From: Eledone cirrhosa | Taxonomy: Eukaryota | Direction: 5' to 3' | DNA length: 64,000 bases | Assembly (NCBI GenBank): GCA_964016885.1 | Contig: OZ024740.1 | Coordinates: forward strand, 415,028,001 to 415,092,000 | Program-made: the position numbers and the translations under genes | The notes under the pieces: model-generated | Databases searched by the model: none | What the model was told of the DNA's origin: nothing | The model's input: the letters and a program-made list of their open reading frames with translations, nothing else | Shown here: piece after piece, positions 1 through 12,682 of the stretch | How positions within the stretch are numbered: the first letter of the stretch is position 1 | How the letters are laid out: the number at the start of each line of letters is the position of its first letter

Positions 1-77
1 TTAAATCATATAGATTAGTAGTTAGGATGTTGAACTCACAATAGTAAGGTTGTGAATTCAATTTATACACACACACA

Positions 78-140
<63 letters not shown>

Positions 141-141
<1 letters not shown>

Positions 142-1775
142 CATCATCATCATCATCATCATCATTATCATTTTACGTTCGCTTTTCTCTGCTTGCAAGG
201 GTGGGATGGGTCCTATTCAGCACAGCATCTCTCCACTTGTCACAGTCCTTTATCATCTCCTCTGTGAGCTTCAGCGATCTGAGGTCTGCTCTCACCACCT
301 CTGCCCATGTTTTCCATGGTCTTCCTCTACTGCGTTTTCCTTCTACTGGCATTTCTTGGCACTTCTTTACCCAGCGGTCATCCTCCATGCGCATCACATG
401 TCCATACCATCGTAGTCTTCTCTCCCGCACACTACAACTTATCCCTCTTATACACCGTTTCTCTCTAAACTCATCTATGCTTGGTCATTCACGTATATTG
501 ACATTGCATGTAAAACGGAGCTTGCTTGCCTCATTTCTCTCCAGCCGTTGCATATCCTCTGCAGTTGCTGCCCATGTCTCACTACCATGCAGCATCGCAC
601 ATCTCACACAGGCATCATATAACCAACATTTTGTACGCAGGGAGAAACCCTTCTTTGTCAACAGAGGAAGCAGCTCCCTAAACTTATTCCAGCCCATCCT
701 TATTCTAGATACTATGACCTCGGAACACCCCCTCCCATGCTAATCTGATCACCTAGGTACCGGAAGCTATCAACCACTTCTATAGAACCTACCTGCATTT
801 GAAAAATGTGTCTATCACTGCGACTTCTACTGTGAAATTCCCCTGTACATCTACTGCATATGTAGTTTTCCATACCTGTTAATTTGCCTGCTATCCCACT
901 ACATCTCTTGTGTACCCAAGATCTGCATTGTGTACATTTTATAGAATTTATGCCAGTTCCTTTTCTACATATCGAACATGGCCATTTCCCTGATGGAATC
1001 AGAGTTTTGTCCTCTTTTCTACTCATCAACACTTTCATCTTAGCTATGTTCACTCTCAGGCCTTTTGATTCCAACTGCTGTTTCCATAGCCAGAATTTCT
1101 TCTCTAGCTCCTCTACTGATTCTGCTATAAGAACCAGATCATCAGCATAGAGAAGTTCCCATAGGCAGCCAGTCTTAAACTCCTCTGTTATGGCTTGGAG
1201 GACTATAATGAACAAGAGCAGGCTGAGGACCGAACCCTGATGTACTCCTACTTGTATCTGGAATTCCTCACTAAACTCCATTCCTACTCTCACTTTACTG
1301 ACAGCACCTCTGTACATAGCTTGCACTGTCCTCACAAGCCATTCCTCTACACCTAGTTTCCTTAGGGACCACCAGATGACAGATCGGGGTACCCTATCAA
1401 AGGCCTTCTCTAGGTCAACAAAAGCTAAGTATAGTGGCTTATTCTTCTCTAAGAACCTCTCTTGTAGTTGTATCACTAAGAAGAGGGCATCTGTTGTGCT
1501 TTTCCGAGGCACAAAAAATAACTGCTTCTCATCTAATTTGACCCTTTCTCTAATCAGTTGCGCTAATATTCTTTCTGCCACTTTCATAACCTGATCCATC
1601 AGTTTTAAGCCCCTATAATTGCTCCTCTCCCGAGCATCCCCTTTACCTTTGTAGCAATTTATGAGAATACTGCTGCACCAGTCTTTGGGTATGACACCGC
1701 CATATATAGCTTGATTAATGATGCGTGTAACCAGTTTAGTGCCTACTTCCCCTGATGCCTTCAGCATCTCAGCAA
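141..1775 (-). mobile_element. RTE-clade LINE, 5'-truncated and frameshifted (RT + PHD-like finger + C-terminus)
   Basis: ORF pieces 712-1809, 485-697 and 173-430 carry RT motifs ([44 protein letters not shown]) and the RTE C-terminus (RRLRWYGHVMR, RGRPWKTW). The 3' end runs into a (TGA)n tail at 141-170. Confidence 0.92.
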
Positions 1776-1812
1776 CTATATGTATATATATATAAATATA
1801 TATATACATATA

Positions 1813-1926
<114 letters not shown>

Positions 1927-1928
1927 CG

Positions 1929-2119
1929 CAGTATATACTCGAATATAACCCGAGGAATATGGGACCGAAAAATCAATGGTAGAAAGGGGATCTGCTGATA
2001 TTCAGGATTAATATTTTGACGATTTTCCCCAACTACAAATTCTACATAAATAAGGTTTGGATTTTTGCCCATTTCTCAGACATAAAATAGTGGGTCAGCT
2101 TATATTCGAGTATATATGG
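1929..2119. mobile_element. Tc1/mariner(pogo)-type MITE
   Basis: Terminal inverted repeats CAGTATATACTCGAATATAA / TTATATTCGAGTATATATGG, followed by TA on the right. Confidence 0.65.
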
Positions 2120-2137
2120 TAAATATATATATATATA

Positions 2138-2460
2138 ACCGTCTATCCTATGCTAGCGTTGAAGATGGATGTTAAACGATGATGATCATGATATAATATA
2201 TCATCATCATCATCATCACCACTGTTTAACATCCATTCTTCCATGTAGCATGGGTTAGACGGGTTGTCATGTTGTGGGCAATGCCAGGTCAGGTGACCAT
2301 GTCTAGCTCATACAGAACTGATTCTGGCTTGATTTCTACAGCTGGATGTCCTTCCTTACACCAACCTCATTTACATTGAGTGCTGGGTGCTCTTTTACAC
2401 GACCACCTTACAGTGTGGACTGGGTGCTTTTTTTGTCGTGGCACCTACATGACCACTATC
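2138..2460. mobile_element. Two tail-to-tail fragments of an RTE-tailed SINE/LINE 3' end
   Basis: 2138-2190 (+) and 2201-2265 (-) are mutually inverted and both end in (GAT)n-like tails, like the RTE at 141. Confidence 0.5.
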
Positions 2461-2499
2461 CATTATCCACTAATTAATGCCTGTCTTAGAACAGTATAT

Positions 2500-2548
<49 letters not shown>

Positions 2549-2553
<5 letters not shown>

Positions 2554-2672
2554 AAAGGCTTCTAGAGGACTAGAATTGTTTCATTTAGGAGAAATCATCA
2601 GGAAATCATCAGAAGCTTCCTGATGATTTCTTCCGAATGAAACAGTTCTAGTCCTGTAGAAGCCTTTTTTAT
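2549..2672. repeat. Imperfect inverted repeat (~55-bp arms) carrying degenerate hammerhead cores, probable Penelope pLTR remnant
   Basis: AAAAGGCTTCTAGAGGACTAGAATTGTTTCATT...AATGAAACAGTTCTAGTCCTGTAGAAGCCTTTT; each arm contains CTGATGA-N12-GAAA. Confidence 0.6.
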
Positions 2673-2744
2673 ATTAAATATTTATACTGTGCTTTGTATT
2701 GATTACCTTACTTACTGTGGTTACCCCCGATTGAACCCGGGATA

Positions 2745-2832
<88 letters not shown>

Positions 2833-3863
2833 AAAAAGTATGACCCCGACGGCAGAGCTCAAGCCGTTTCGACGGCTATTTCTGGACTAAATTAGAATTT
2901 TTAGCCTGGTGAATAAATAGCCGAACTTGTCAAGCGGGTACTTCCTTATATGGGAAGATTGTAGTTGTCAAGAGGATTGGTTAAAATTTGTTGAAAACAC
3001 AAATAAGTCTATCATGGCATTTGGTGGGAGGCAGGGGTGGCTGAACTTGTCTGTAGAACAATAAGGGAGTGAGTGGAGCGGTCAAGCGTTGAAAGTGATA
3101 TGTATACAGCAGATTCTAAGGATAGTGTATGAAGTGGAGGAGGGAGGTTGTAGAATAGGTAAATCGAATGAGAGTAGGAGACAATAAAAGATAATAGAAA
3201 GAACTAAAAAAATATATAAAATTAGATAGTGAGAAATGAATAAAAAAAATCACAATGCTATCTTACAATTACAGGTTAATAAGTTGAGAATAGAAAAAAA
3301 CCCTGTAGAAATTGAGTAGTACCAGAACTGATACAAAATTAAAGGGGTTTTAACACATCTGCTATAAGTAGTTAGTAAAACTTATTCGGCCAATTCTATC
3401 TTAAAATTACAGGGGTGGGGGAACTGATGCTACAGAGACCCGATGGGCTGCATCGGGGTAGGCGAAAGGGGAAAAGCAGACGAGGAAGAAAATAGGGGGT
3501 GGAAAGAAGTGATAGGATGAGACAGGGGAAGAAGAAGACAATGAGGAAAAGAAAAGAAAAGAGATACATCTACCTATGTAAGCTGGGGTTTCCCCTAACT
3601 TATTCGGCAAGTGTGTGTGTGTGTGTGGGGGGGGGGATCAACCCCTGTCTACCCACCCGGGTCGTTATGGGGTTTGAGGGCGAGGTAAGTCCTACGCAAT
3701 CTGTGTTTGCATGCGGTTACTGCGTGTGACTTCAAGACCCGGCTCTACCAACACCGACATACTTTCCGAAACCTGGTCCGGCGACATGCCACTACACTTT
3801 CGGCCTCCAAGATAATAATATAACCTACAATCTTACTTGGAGCTTACTGTCCAGAGCTAACTC

Positions 3864-5200
3864 TTACACGGGAGGACGCCGTCCGTGCAACTTATGCTCG
3901 AGCCATAATTTGTCGTCCAGTCTCTCTTTCAATATGAACTTGGGACCCAGGCTGACGAGGTCTAATTCCTCTCGGGAGAGGGATCCTGTCAAGTCTGTGA
4001 CGAGGTGTTTTGCGTCAGGTGTGTTGTTGGTCGGGGCACCGCTAGGTTCGGTGTTGGTACCGTCTTGTTCGCCTCTGTTGGTGTTTAGAGTTGGGATGTT
4101 GTTAAGACAGTTGGCCGTCCTGAGTTTGAGAAATTTTTGCGTTAGACGTATTTTCTCGTAGTCTCGGCGATGGTGGTATGACCTGTCTATAGTGGCGGAG
4201 ATGACTCTGGACAGAGGTTCTGGGGTTTCAGCGAGTTGTGGTACAAGGCTGGAAATAGTCCGTATGTGATGTTGTAGTGTGCGGTGTAGGTGTTGTATGA
4301 GTTGTCTTAGGCAGAATTTTTGTATGTAACGAAGTGATCGTTTGAGGCCTGGTGATTTGAAGCATGTTGGTAGGTGCAAATTTTTGATAGTTTTGGGGAT
4401 GATGTTGTTATTCAGGCATCGTTTTAGGAAGTTTATTTGGCAGCCGGCTTTGGCGCGCTTTTCAGATAGCTGGAAGAGTTTCTTTACATCATCCCCAAAA
4501 CTATCAAAAATTTGCACCTACCAACATAAGAATAAAAGAACACCTCAATACTAACGCTTCCTCATTTAAGAAACACCTAGTTAAATGCAAAAACGCCGAC
4601 AAAACCATAACAGTTAGGATAGAAACTGAGGAAAGAAACCTCGGCAATCTTAGAATTAAGGAAGCACTAATTATAGATAAAACACAACCACCAATCAATA
4701 ATAGACTAGAACTCAACACCCAATTTATAACCTGATAGGGCTCCTAGCCCCATATTTACACACCCCACACACACACACGCTTACACCTCCACTTATTCTC
4801 TCTCACACATACACACACAAAACCAGTTCTAACACCAGATAACACCTATCCCCCACATTTACGAATAGACTTATCTTCTCACACTCACACACACACACTC
4901 ACATACTTACACCTTCATGCATTCTCCCACACACTTAAACAGGCATGTATATAAAAAAAATTAAAAAAACCCTAAACAAACCCCTTTTAAAGGGAGACTA
5001 CTCTTTATCCATCTAATTTTAACTCTTTGACATTAGAGATAGAACAGATACTCTATACTATTTCCTGTCAGCATGGCTTGGCAAGATATTTAGAAGGCTG
5101 GTTTGAGACCTTTATTTCCCTCTGAAGAAGAGATATTATCTCAAAAATTAAAGACATTTAAATAAATCTAAGGTAAAAGACGATTTGTCAACAATATCTT
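3864..5200. mobile_element. Rearranged Penelope-like element: inverted N-terminal ORF fragment plus sense GIY-YIG C-terminus and 3' UTR
   Basis: Minus strand 3864-4485 encodes the PLE N-terminal region (INFLKRCLNNNIIPK, LSREELDLVSLGPKF). Plus strand 4526-4735 encodes IRIKEH...LRIKEALIIDKTQPPINNR*, the GIY-YIG tail. A decayed CTGAAGA hairpin sits at about 5122. Confidence 0.8.
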
Positions 5201-5434
5201 TTGCAATTGCATTCTTTTTTCTATGTCCATGCCTGCATTGTTTTGGCTTTATTATACATATTCAAACGTTTATATATATATATATATATATATACAGTAT
5301 ATATATATATACACACCTATGTATACATTTATGTAAACAACGTACATACGTATGTGAAAACGGTAATCAGCTATTTAAAGAAATAAAGTAAAACAACTGT
5401 TACAATTACTTGGCCCGCGATGTAGTGAATATAT

Positions 5435-5689
5435 ATATATCAAAAGTGACACAGAGGAGACTGAGGTTGGCTGGACATGCTCACCGACATCCAGAGTTGA
5501 CATTGCACTCAGTGCTCCTTTGGGAGCCCCTACATGGACACACTAGAAGAGGAAGACCAAGGTTAACATATGTTGATGCCCTAAGGACAGACACTGGTCT
5601 GTTGGAGATGCAGGATATGGCAGCGATAATGAGGGACAGAGACCGCTGGAGAGAACTCGTCCATGGATCTCGGGAATTTTACCCGCCTT

Positions 5690-5691
<2 letters not shown>
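5435..5691 (+). mobile_element. 3' terminal fragment of an RTE-like LINE
   Basis: RRLRLAGHAHRH...LLWEP...RGRPRLTYVD...DRDRWR, typical RTE C-terminal motifs. Confidence 0.7.
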
Positions 5692-5764
<73 letters not shown>

Positions 5765-5966
5765 TGTAATAACATAAGACCATTATTTCATGAAATAATG
5801 GTCTTATGTTGTTTTTTACATAACTAAATAGAGCACGCTCCTTTACCTTTCCTACGGAAACACTTAATATATATAGATGTATGTACATGTAGTTTTGTGG
5901 GTGTCTTCGGTAGTTTCCGAGTTTTAAGCGGACACGCAGAATCAAGAACTTAAATTTATATATATA

Positions 5967-6491
5967 CTAGCTAAACTACCCGTCCTTTGGATGGTTCATG
6001 TAGCTTTCGATGTAGCTCATTAAACTAAACAAAGTAAATTTGAATACATAGAAGAAAAACGTACTTTATGTAAACATGAAAACCTTAGGCACTATTCCAG
6101 CGAAATGATATTATTATCTTTGTTTCAAGTAGAAGGCTATAAATTGCTGGTTGTGAAATATACGATATGATATTGTTATTATCTTTGTTTCAAGTAGAAA
6201 GAGTAAATTAAAACCCGACTGAGGCTAATTACGAAAGATAACTCTTGATTAGGAAAGATAACTCTTGTGTTACTTAATCACGAAAATCCACACAAATAAC
6301 CGAAACTTTTTTAATGTCTCCAAAGGCCCCAATATCGATTTTTGAAAGCCTTTGTAGATCATGTACAGGTGTTGTGCAAGGAGAAGCTCTGTAAAAAATT
6401 TCAAGAAATCGGTTTAGAATATATGCGCCCTCATTAAAAAAGCTCGACACACATATCCACAGAAATTTTCAGATTTATATATATATACAGA
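5967..6491 (-). mobile_element. Non-autonomous Helitron (~525 bp)
   Basis: Minus strand begins TC-TGTATATATATATATAAATC at 6491 and ends with a subterminal hairpin (5978-5995) followed by CTAG (5967-5970). Confidence 0.7.
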
Positions 6492-9400
6492 CTAGCTGAG
6501 CTACCCGGTGATACCCGGGTATTTTATGAAAGCTACAATATATTTGGCACACATTACAAAATATATGACCATTCAAATATGATTGCTGAATTTTAACCAA
6601 AGTAGGAATTATAGCAGAATATTTATTGCCGTTTGGTCAAAGTAAATCATCTAGATAAAAATATTAGTTTTTTCCAGTGGTGATTTTTTGAATACTGCTC
6701 CCTATTACAGTCAGCACATATAATGCTTTACTCATAGATGAATCATTAGCTATGTTGTCAGTGAAAAGGGCATGACCAAAAAAATACATTTAGATTTTTT
6801 TCATTTATCCTTTTCTTTTTTTTTTTTGCTCAATCTGAACCTCTGAAATTCAAACAACATGTAAAGACTATTTTAAAAACCATAAATAAAATAAGAAAAT
6901 AAATTTAGCATTGGTTTATGATTGAATGAAGCATTTACTTACTCATTTCTGTAATTCAGGGAAAGTGTATTTAAATTTGTACACTGTAGCTTTCACCAAT
7001 CTTTGCCTCTATGGCAGAAGGATCTTGTTTGAGGGAGATGTGTTTTCTATTTCTATTAGCTATACCAACAGTTATAGTGTCTCACATGACATACATAGAT
7101 ACATACACACACATGTATGTGTGTAAGACAGTTGTTTGTGATTTGAAATGTATTTTGTTAATATTTATAGTAGATCGAGTTATCACATAGAACCATTCCT
7201 TTTTGCTTCATACATATAAACATACCTGAGAAAGTAAGGTGGGATTTGAAGGAAATTTGGCTGTTATTTCTACCTAACAAAGTCCTCACTTATACTACTT
7301 TATATAGCAGAGGTACCCGGGAATGCCTGCATATTCTTCCAAAGTTACACCATGCTGTAAATGTGTGGCTTCAGAATTCCTTGCAAACTGCATGACTAAG
7401 GAATTAGTATCTGTATGTATTGTCATTGAATGAGGAATTACGACATTGCTCATTCCAAAGCCTCTGGTGCCACAATGAAGAGACAATCAGGGTTCCCAAC
7501 CCTTGTTGACCATGCGAAAAGACAGGATCTGCCAGATTCAAGCCAACGACTTTCAATGATTGCCCTTGAGATTTATTAATGGTCATGGCAACACTAAGCC
7601 TGATCGGAAATTGATCTTTGAAATTAAAATGGCAAATCAGTTGGCTTCAGAGGTATTCTGGGAATGAAACAATTGTCACCAGCAAATTTTTCCTGACATG
7701 ACTGCAACTTCTAGAACATTGAACATAATATTTTTGATGATTAGTCTTATGCCATTACAAAGTTTTGGAGGATCCAGATTACGAAGTAGCATAACCGATG
7801 CTCCAAGCTTCAGTATCAGGCTGTGTGGAAGAATTCCCGCTTGTTCAAGACTTTTCAAAAATTTAGTTGGATAGTTTACAACCTGGTCTTGAGAAGTGAT
7901 TGTGTCAACTAATTTGTAGCATATTTTCTCTCCCGGTAACATCTCCAGCAGCCTTCTGTTGATTTCTTTCACAGCAACATTTTTTGGTGCTAATATTGCT
8001 CGTCACAGAGCCATTTCGGATCACATTGCTTGGTCTGAATCTTTGGAAACACTGGCAATCAGTTCTTGTTCTGTGTCAATGATGTTGCCAAATGACAACT
8101 GAATATGGTCATTGGAGTCCTTTTCAAGAAGTCCATTTCCCAATTTAAGTAGTTGGATGGCAAACTCACTGACACCTTCGTCACCAGTTAAGTGCATTCG
8201 CATGTTGGTTGTAAGGCTCAGCAGCTGAAAGTGGGGTCAAACATAGAATGTTTTCAGACAGGCATTGACCTGATCAGCTCGAGTCCCTCGAAGAATTACA
8301 GACAGAGTTTGTCTGAAATCACCAGCAAGAACCATTGTCACTCCACCCATTATGCAACTATTTTCTCTCAGATCCCTTATCGTCCGGTCCAAAGCTTCAA
8401 TTGCTCCTTTATGGCTCATAGTAGCTTCATCCCAAATTATCATCTTGCATGTTTGCAGAAGCTTGCCCTTGGGTGAGTTCTTTTTGATGTTGCAAAAAGA
8501 TTGTTCATGCCGTGTGAGATCTATGGGCAGCTTAAACATGGAGTGTGCAGTTTTTCCTCTATCCAGAAGTGTTACTGCAATGCCACTTGAAGCTACAGCA
8601 AGGGCAGTATGCTGTTTTTGGCGAACTTTTTCAAGCAGGAGGTTTATGAGGAATGTCTTGCCTGTGCCAGCAGGAGCATCGATGAAGAAAAGTCCTCCTC
8701 TGTCATTTTGAATGTTTTCGATGATGTTGTGGTAGGCGTATTTCTGGTCATCCATCAATCGAGGTTCATTTTCATCCACAAACTTACGCAATGCTTGAAT
8801 ATCGTAGTTTGTCTCCTGAAAAATGTCTCGTGCTTCCTCTATTTCTTCATCTGGCTCTGGCATTCCGCAGTTAGCTAATGTGCTATTCATTGCCTGAACT
8901 CGATGGGACAGGTCACAGAGAGCTTGATTGTAAATCATGGGGGTATATTCCATATACATATTGCCATGATGTCTTCGGGCTAGGTGTAGATAGTCGTCCG
9001 ACATATTGTTTTTGTACTCCTGCCAGAGTAGATGAGCTTCATCAATTCCACATGCTGTGAGCATAATAGCAAATAATTGTCTTATTTGACTGGCTACTTG
9101 AATGATTACTGCTTCTAGGCACTTCTTCCAGTGTTCATTGTCATGCAGGTGTTCATGCTGTTTACATGCTTCTTCGTATGTTGCACACTCCCTTCCTCTG
9201 AAGCATCTAAGATCCTCAAATGTCGTTGGTCCTCGAACAGTATGCAGAAGTAGCCATAAATAAAAACATTCTCTGTTGTTGGGATAGACATTTTAAACAC
9301 GGCCAATAGCATCACTTGACTTGATTTCATGACCTTCCACTAAATGACTCTGCTTCCTTCTATTCCAGGTCTTGCAATTGTCCAGGTGTAGTATGTTGGG

Positions 9401-11400
9401 ACTTCAGCATATTGGAGGGATTGAGCAAATTCATCATTCTGGCAGAGTTTAAAGAAAGCAGTTAGTGTAGTGTCATGTGATGCTTGTGCCAACTGATGAG
9501 TAGTGATCTCAGTGAAGTACACTCTCTGTCCATTTTCCAGATGGACTGCGAGGTTGACCACTGTTAGGTGGCATTCGTGGATATCAAATCCAAAGATTCG
9601 CCAGATAGCTTCATTGCTGGAGATGTATCGACCTGTTTGATACCGTTTGACCTCATCCAGCCCACCATCATTGAGTTCTTTGTCAGTAATAAAGGTAGCC
9701 ATGTCACTGCTCTTGTTGATATATTTTGTGATATATAGGATTGCCTTGACGGAGCTGCAATACTCAACATTGATATGAGCTTTTAAAAGTTTACACACCA
9801 ATTTGTTGTGTGGGATGACCCACTGATTGTTTATGGTCAGCTCCTCTCCTCGAACTGTTAGGCTTGCCGTATTGCCTCCATCTTCTGGTCTATGCCTACG
9901 ATAAAGGGGGATCCAATATTGTCAGTCCGAGTTTCCCGAATAAAAGCTCTAGGATAATCGTTGCTGCATTTTTGATCTTTCATGCAGGGAGAGGCTGGAT
10001 TGATGACTCCACATGGACCATGAATGAATTTGGACTTGATGGTTTCAAAGAGCTCTGGATCACCACCTTTATCAGGCAACTCTGCTGAAATGATCTTATC
10101 AACATCATCTGATCTTATCTTCTCCTTGCACCAGATTACTGTGTGAGAGTGAGGAAGACCTCTCTTCTGCCACTCAATAGTGGTCATCCAAGCACTAAGC
10201 TCACCAAAGATTCTTCCTTTTTTTTTTTTGCTTTTCATGGAAAATCCGAGCAATGAGGTCATGACGATCCTTTGGTTTTTTTATTTTGAAATAATTCATT
10301 TGATATTTCTGACCAGTTTGAATTGCATGTAAATGTAAGGAAGAGATCTGGCCGACCAAATTTTCTGACAGGCCATTGCATCTTGCGTACGTTCATGCAT
10401 GTAACGTGGTCCTCCCGTGAAGCTTGATGGTAGTATGACTGGCTGGCCAATATTTCTTGGGTCAACATCAGAATTGATGGCATCTCTAAGGTGGATGTAG
10501 TTATCTGCCCTCAACTTAGTTTGATTCCTTCACAGAAAACCCAATCTTTCTGTTTCAATTTTGGCATACATGTCCATCATCAACTGGCTGGTTACATCTT
10601 TGAATCGCAGAACTTGGTTGAAGTGGTCACGTACCATGTAATGATACGCATAGAATTCTTTGCAGCTGATTGATCAGCCAGTCTCTTGTTCCGTTCCTGG
10701 GCTGATCTGCCGTAGCTGAAAATGATATCCATCTTGACCATTCCAAAAGATGAGCGGATATTGGAGTGAATCATAGGCTCTATGAGTTTCACAAATTCGA
10801 TCCAAATGTCCACTTCGTTTTTGCAAAACATTGTCATGTCGTTCATGCTGTTCATCAACCATTATGATTGCAACTTCATCAGTGACATTGAATCTGCATT
10901 CATGTCCTGAAGCTGGGCGTTTGTCTGCCTTAATGATGATTTTACGATCTCTGGTGTTGTTTATATGCTCCAGTGTATATTTAAATACACTGACGTACAT
11001 GTGATGTTGGTGAAGCATTTCTTGTAACTTTATGACTATGTAGAACTGCAATCACCCATGGACATTGGTACATCTTTGTTGTGCCTGTGTTTCATTTCCA
11101 TCCATGAAGTAAACCTGTACAAATTTCTGAGGTTCCTGTGAATGTGGCAGAAGGCCACCCATTAAGTGGTAACACTGTCCCTGAATTTTATAAGTTGTAC
11201 AGAATCTAAAGTCAGCCACATTCCTGTCAGCCCCAAAAGATGTCATTTGAAAGGCAGAATTATATTTTATGATGTATTTATTGAAGTGTCGTGCTTCTGG
11301 TGTATGCTGAAGGAGCAGATTCTTCAGAAATTCAGGAGGTTCTTGTATTGTTTTAAGGCTCACTTTGCCTTTTGAGCAGCATATACTTGCTGCCAACTCT
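6492..11400 (-). mobile_element. Decayed autonomous Helitron (Rep HUH-Y2 + PIF1-family helicase), many frameshifts
   Basis: Ordered fragments: CCSKGKV, ILPSSFTGGPRYM, EWQKRGLPHSH (HUH), YITKYINK (Y2), VHLENGQRVYF, DAPAGTGKT (Walker A), [35 protein letters not shown]. 3' hairpin ACCCGG..CCGGGT (6503-6520) then CTAG (6492-6495). Confidence 0.95.
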
Positions 11401-11584
11401 GCTAGTATATATATAAACGCGGACACACGTTAGGTAAAGAATCCCTCCAATCACCCTCCCTCTCTCTTGTCTCTTTACTTTTTTTCCTCTCTCCCATCTT
11501 TTCTCTTTTCTTATTGTCTTTTTCTCCCCATCCGCCTCACTCCCTTTCTCTTTCTCATCTCCTCGCTTTCTTTCTCTCTCTCAT

Positions 11585-11940
11585 CCTCTACAGAATAGCA
11601 AACAAAAAATAAATAAAAGATAAATAACATTGGAAGAGTTAAGAAGTGTGTAAAAATAATAAATAAATAAAAGTTAATGAACGCTTGCTACTTTCCCTTT
11701 CTCTGTCTTATCCCATTACTCTCTCTCTTTTTTCTCTCTCACATCCCCCCCCCCTCTCACTACGGAATAGAGAACAAAAAATAAAGAAAAGATAAATAAC
11801 GTTAAGGAAGCGGGAGAGTTAAAAAGTGTGTAAAAATAATAAATAAATAAAAGTTAAGAACGCTGGTTACTTTCCCTCTCTCTCCTTTATCATCTTTCTC
11901 TCCCATCTCCTTACTCTCTTTCTTTTTCTCTCACATCCCC
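11585..11940. repeat. ~175-bp diverged tandem duplication within CT-rich sequence
   Basis: GAATAG..AACAAAAAATAAA.AAAAGATAAATAAC...AAGTGTGTAAAAATAATAAATAAATAAAAGTTAA occurs at about 11592 and about 11765. Confidence 0.7.
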
Positions 11941-12262
11941 TTACTCTCCCATCTCCCACTCTCTCTCTCATCCCTTACTCTCTTTCTTTCTCTCTCACAT
12001 CCCCGTACTCTCTCTCTCCCATCCACTCACTCTCTCTCTTTTTCTCTCATCCCCTTACTCTCTCTCCCATCCACTCACTCTTTCTCTTTCTCTCTCATCC
12101 CTTACTCGCTCTATTTCTCTCTCCCATCCCTCATTCTCTTATCTATAGACTGGCGACCATAAAAAAACAAAATGGATAATCTCTTTTGATATTCATTAAA
12201 AAATAAGATAAATTGAATTTAAATGAATTCCTTGCTTTGCAAAGTAAAAACTCTTTCGACCG

Positions 12263-12359
12263 TTACCTGTCTGAGTGTATAGTGAATATGTACATGTAAT
12301 TCTGAGGAGTTTGGTCCGGTAGTTACATGTACATATTCACTATACACTCAGACAGGTAA
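12263..12359. repeat. Perfect 37-bp inverted repeat with 23-nt spacer
   Basis: TTACCTGTCTGAGTGTATAGTGAATATGTACATGTAA (12263-12299) and its exact reverse complement at 12323-12359. Confidence 0.9.
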
Positions 12360-12682
12360 TCTCTATCTATATCTATCTCTCTATATTTTCTCTCTCTCTC
12401 TCTCTCCTCTCTTCTCTCTCTCTCTATCTATCTCCCTCTGTGTTTTTTTTCCTCTCTCTATATATCTCTCTCTGTTTCTTTACATGAATTTCTTCTCTCT
12501 ATCTATCTCTCTATATCTATCTCTCTCTATTTAGTTGCATGCATTTCTTCTTTTTCTTCGTTTTTCTTTCTTTCTTTTTATAACTGTCCCTAATATTTTT
12601 TCACTACCAAATCAACTTTTCAAATAGAAGTCGAAGTTGAAAGGTATGTCGAATCTATCTATTTATAAGACTGTTTATATTG

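Noticed and set aside
52-267. Many short YI/HT/CV/LS-repeat ORFs across the window
   Set aside because: Translations of (TA)n, (CA)n and (CT)n microsatellites.
2836-2889. Hairpin motif AGCCGT-CGAA-ACGGCT repeated at 62553-62604
   Set aside because: A dispersed repeat end next to (TA)n; it lacks the CTGAnGA core and could not be assigned a function.
5115-5160. Hammerhead-like CTGAAGA-GAGATA/TATCTC hairpin in the Penelope 3' UTR
   Set aside because: The GAAA box and stems I and III are not intact, so it is treated as a dead remnant.
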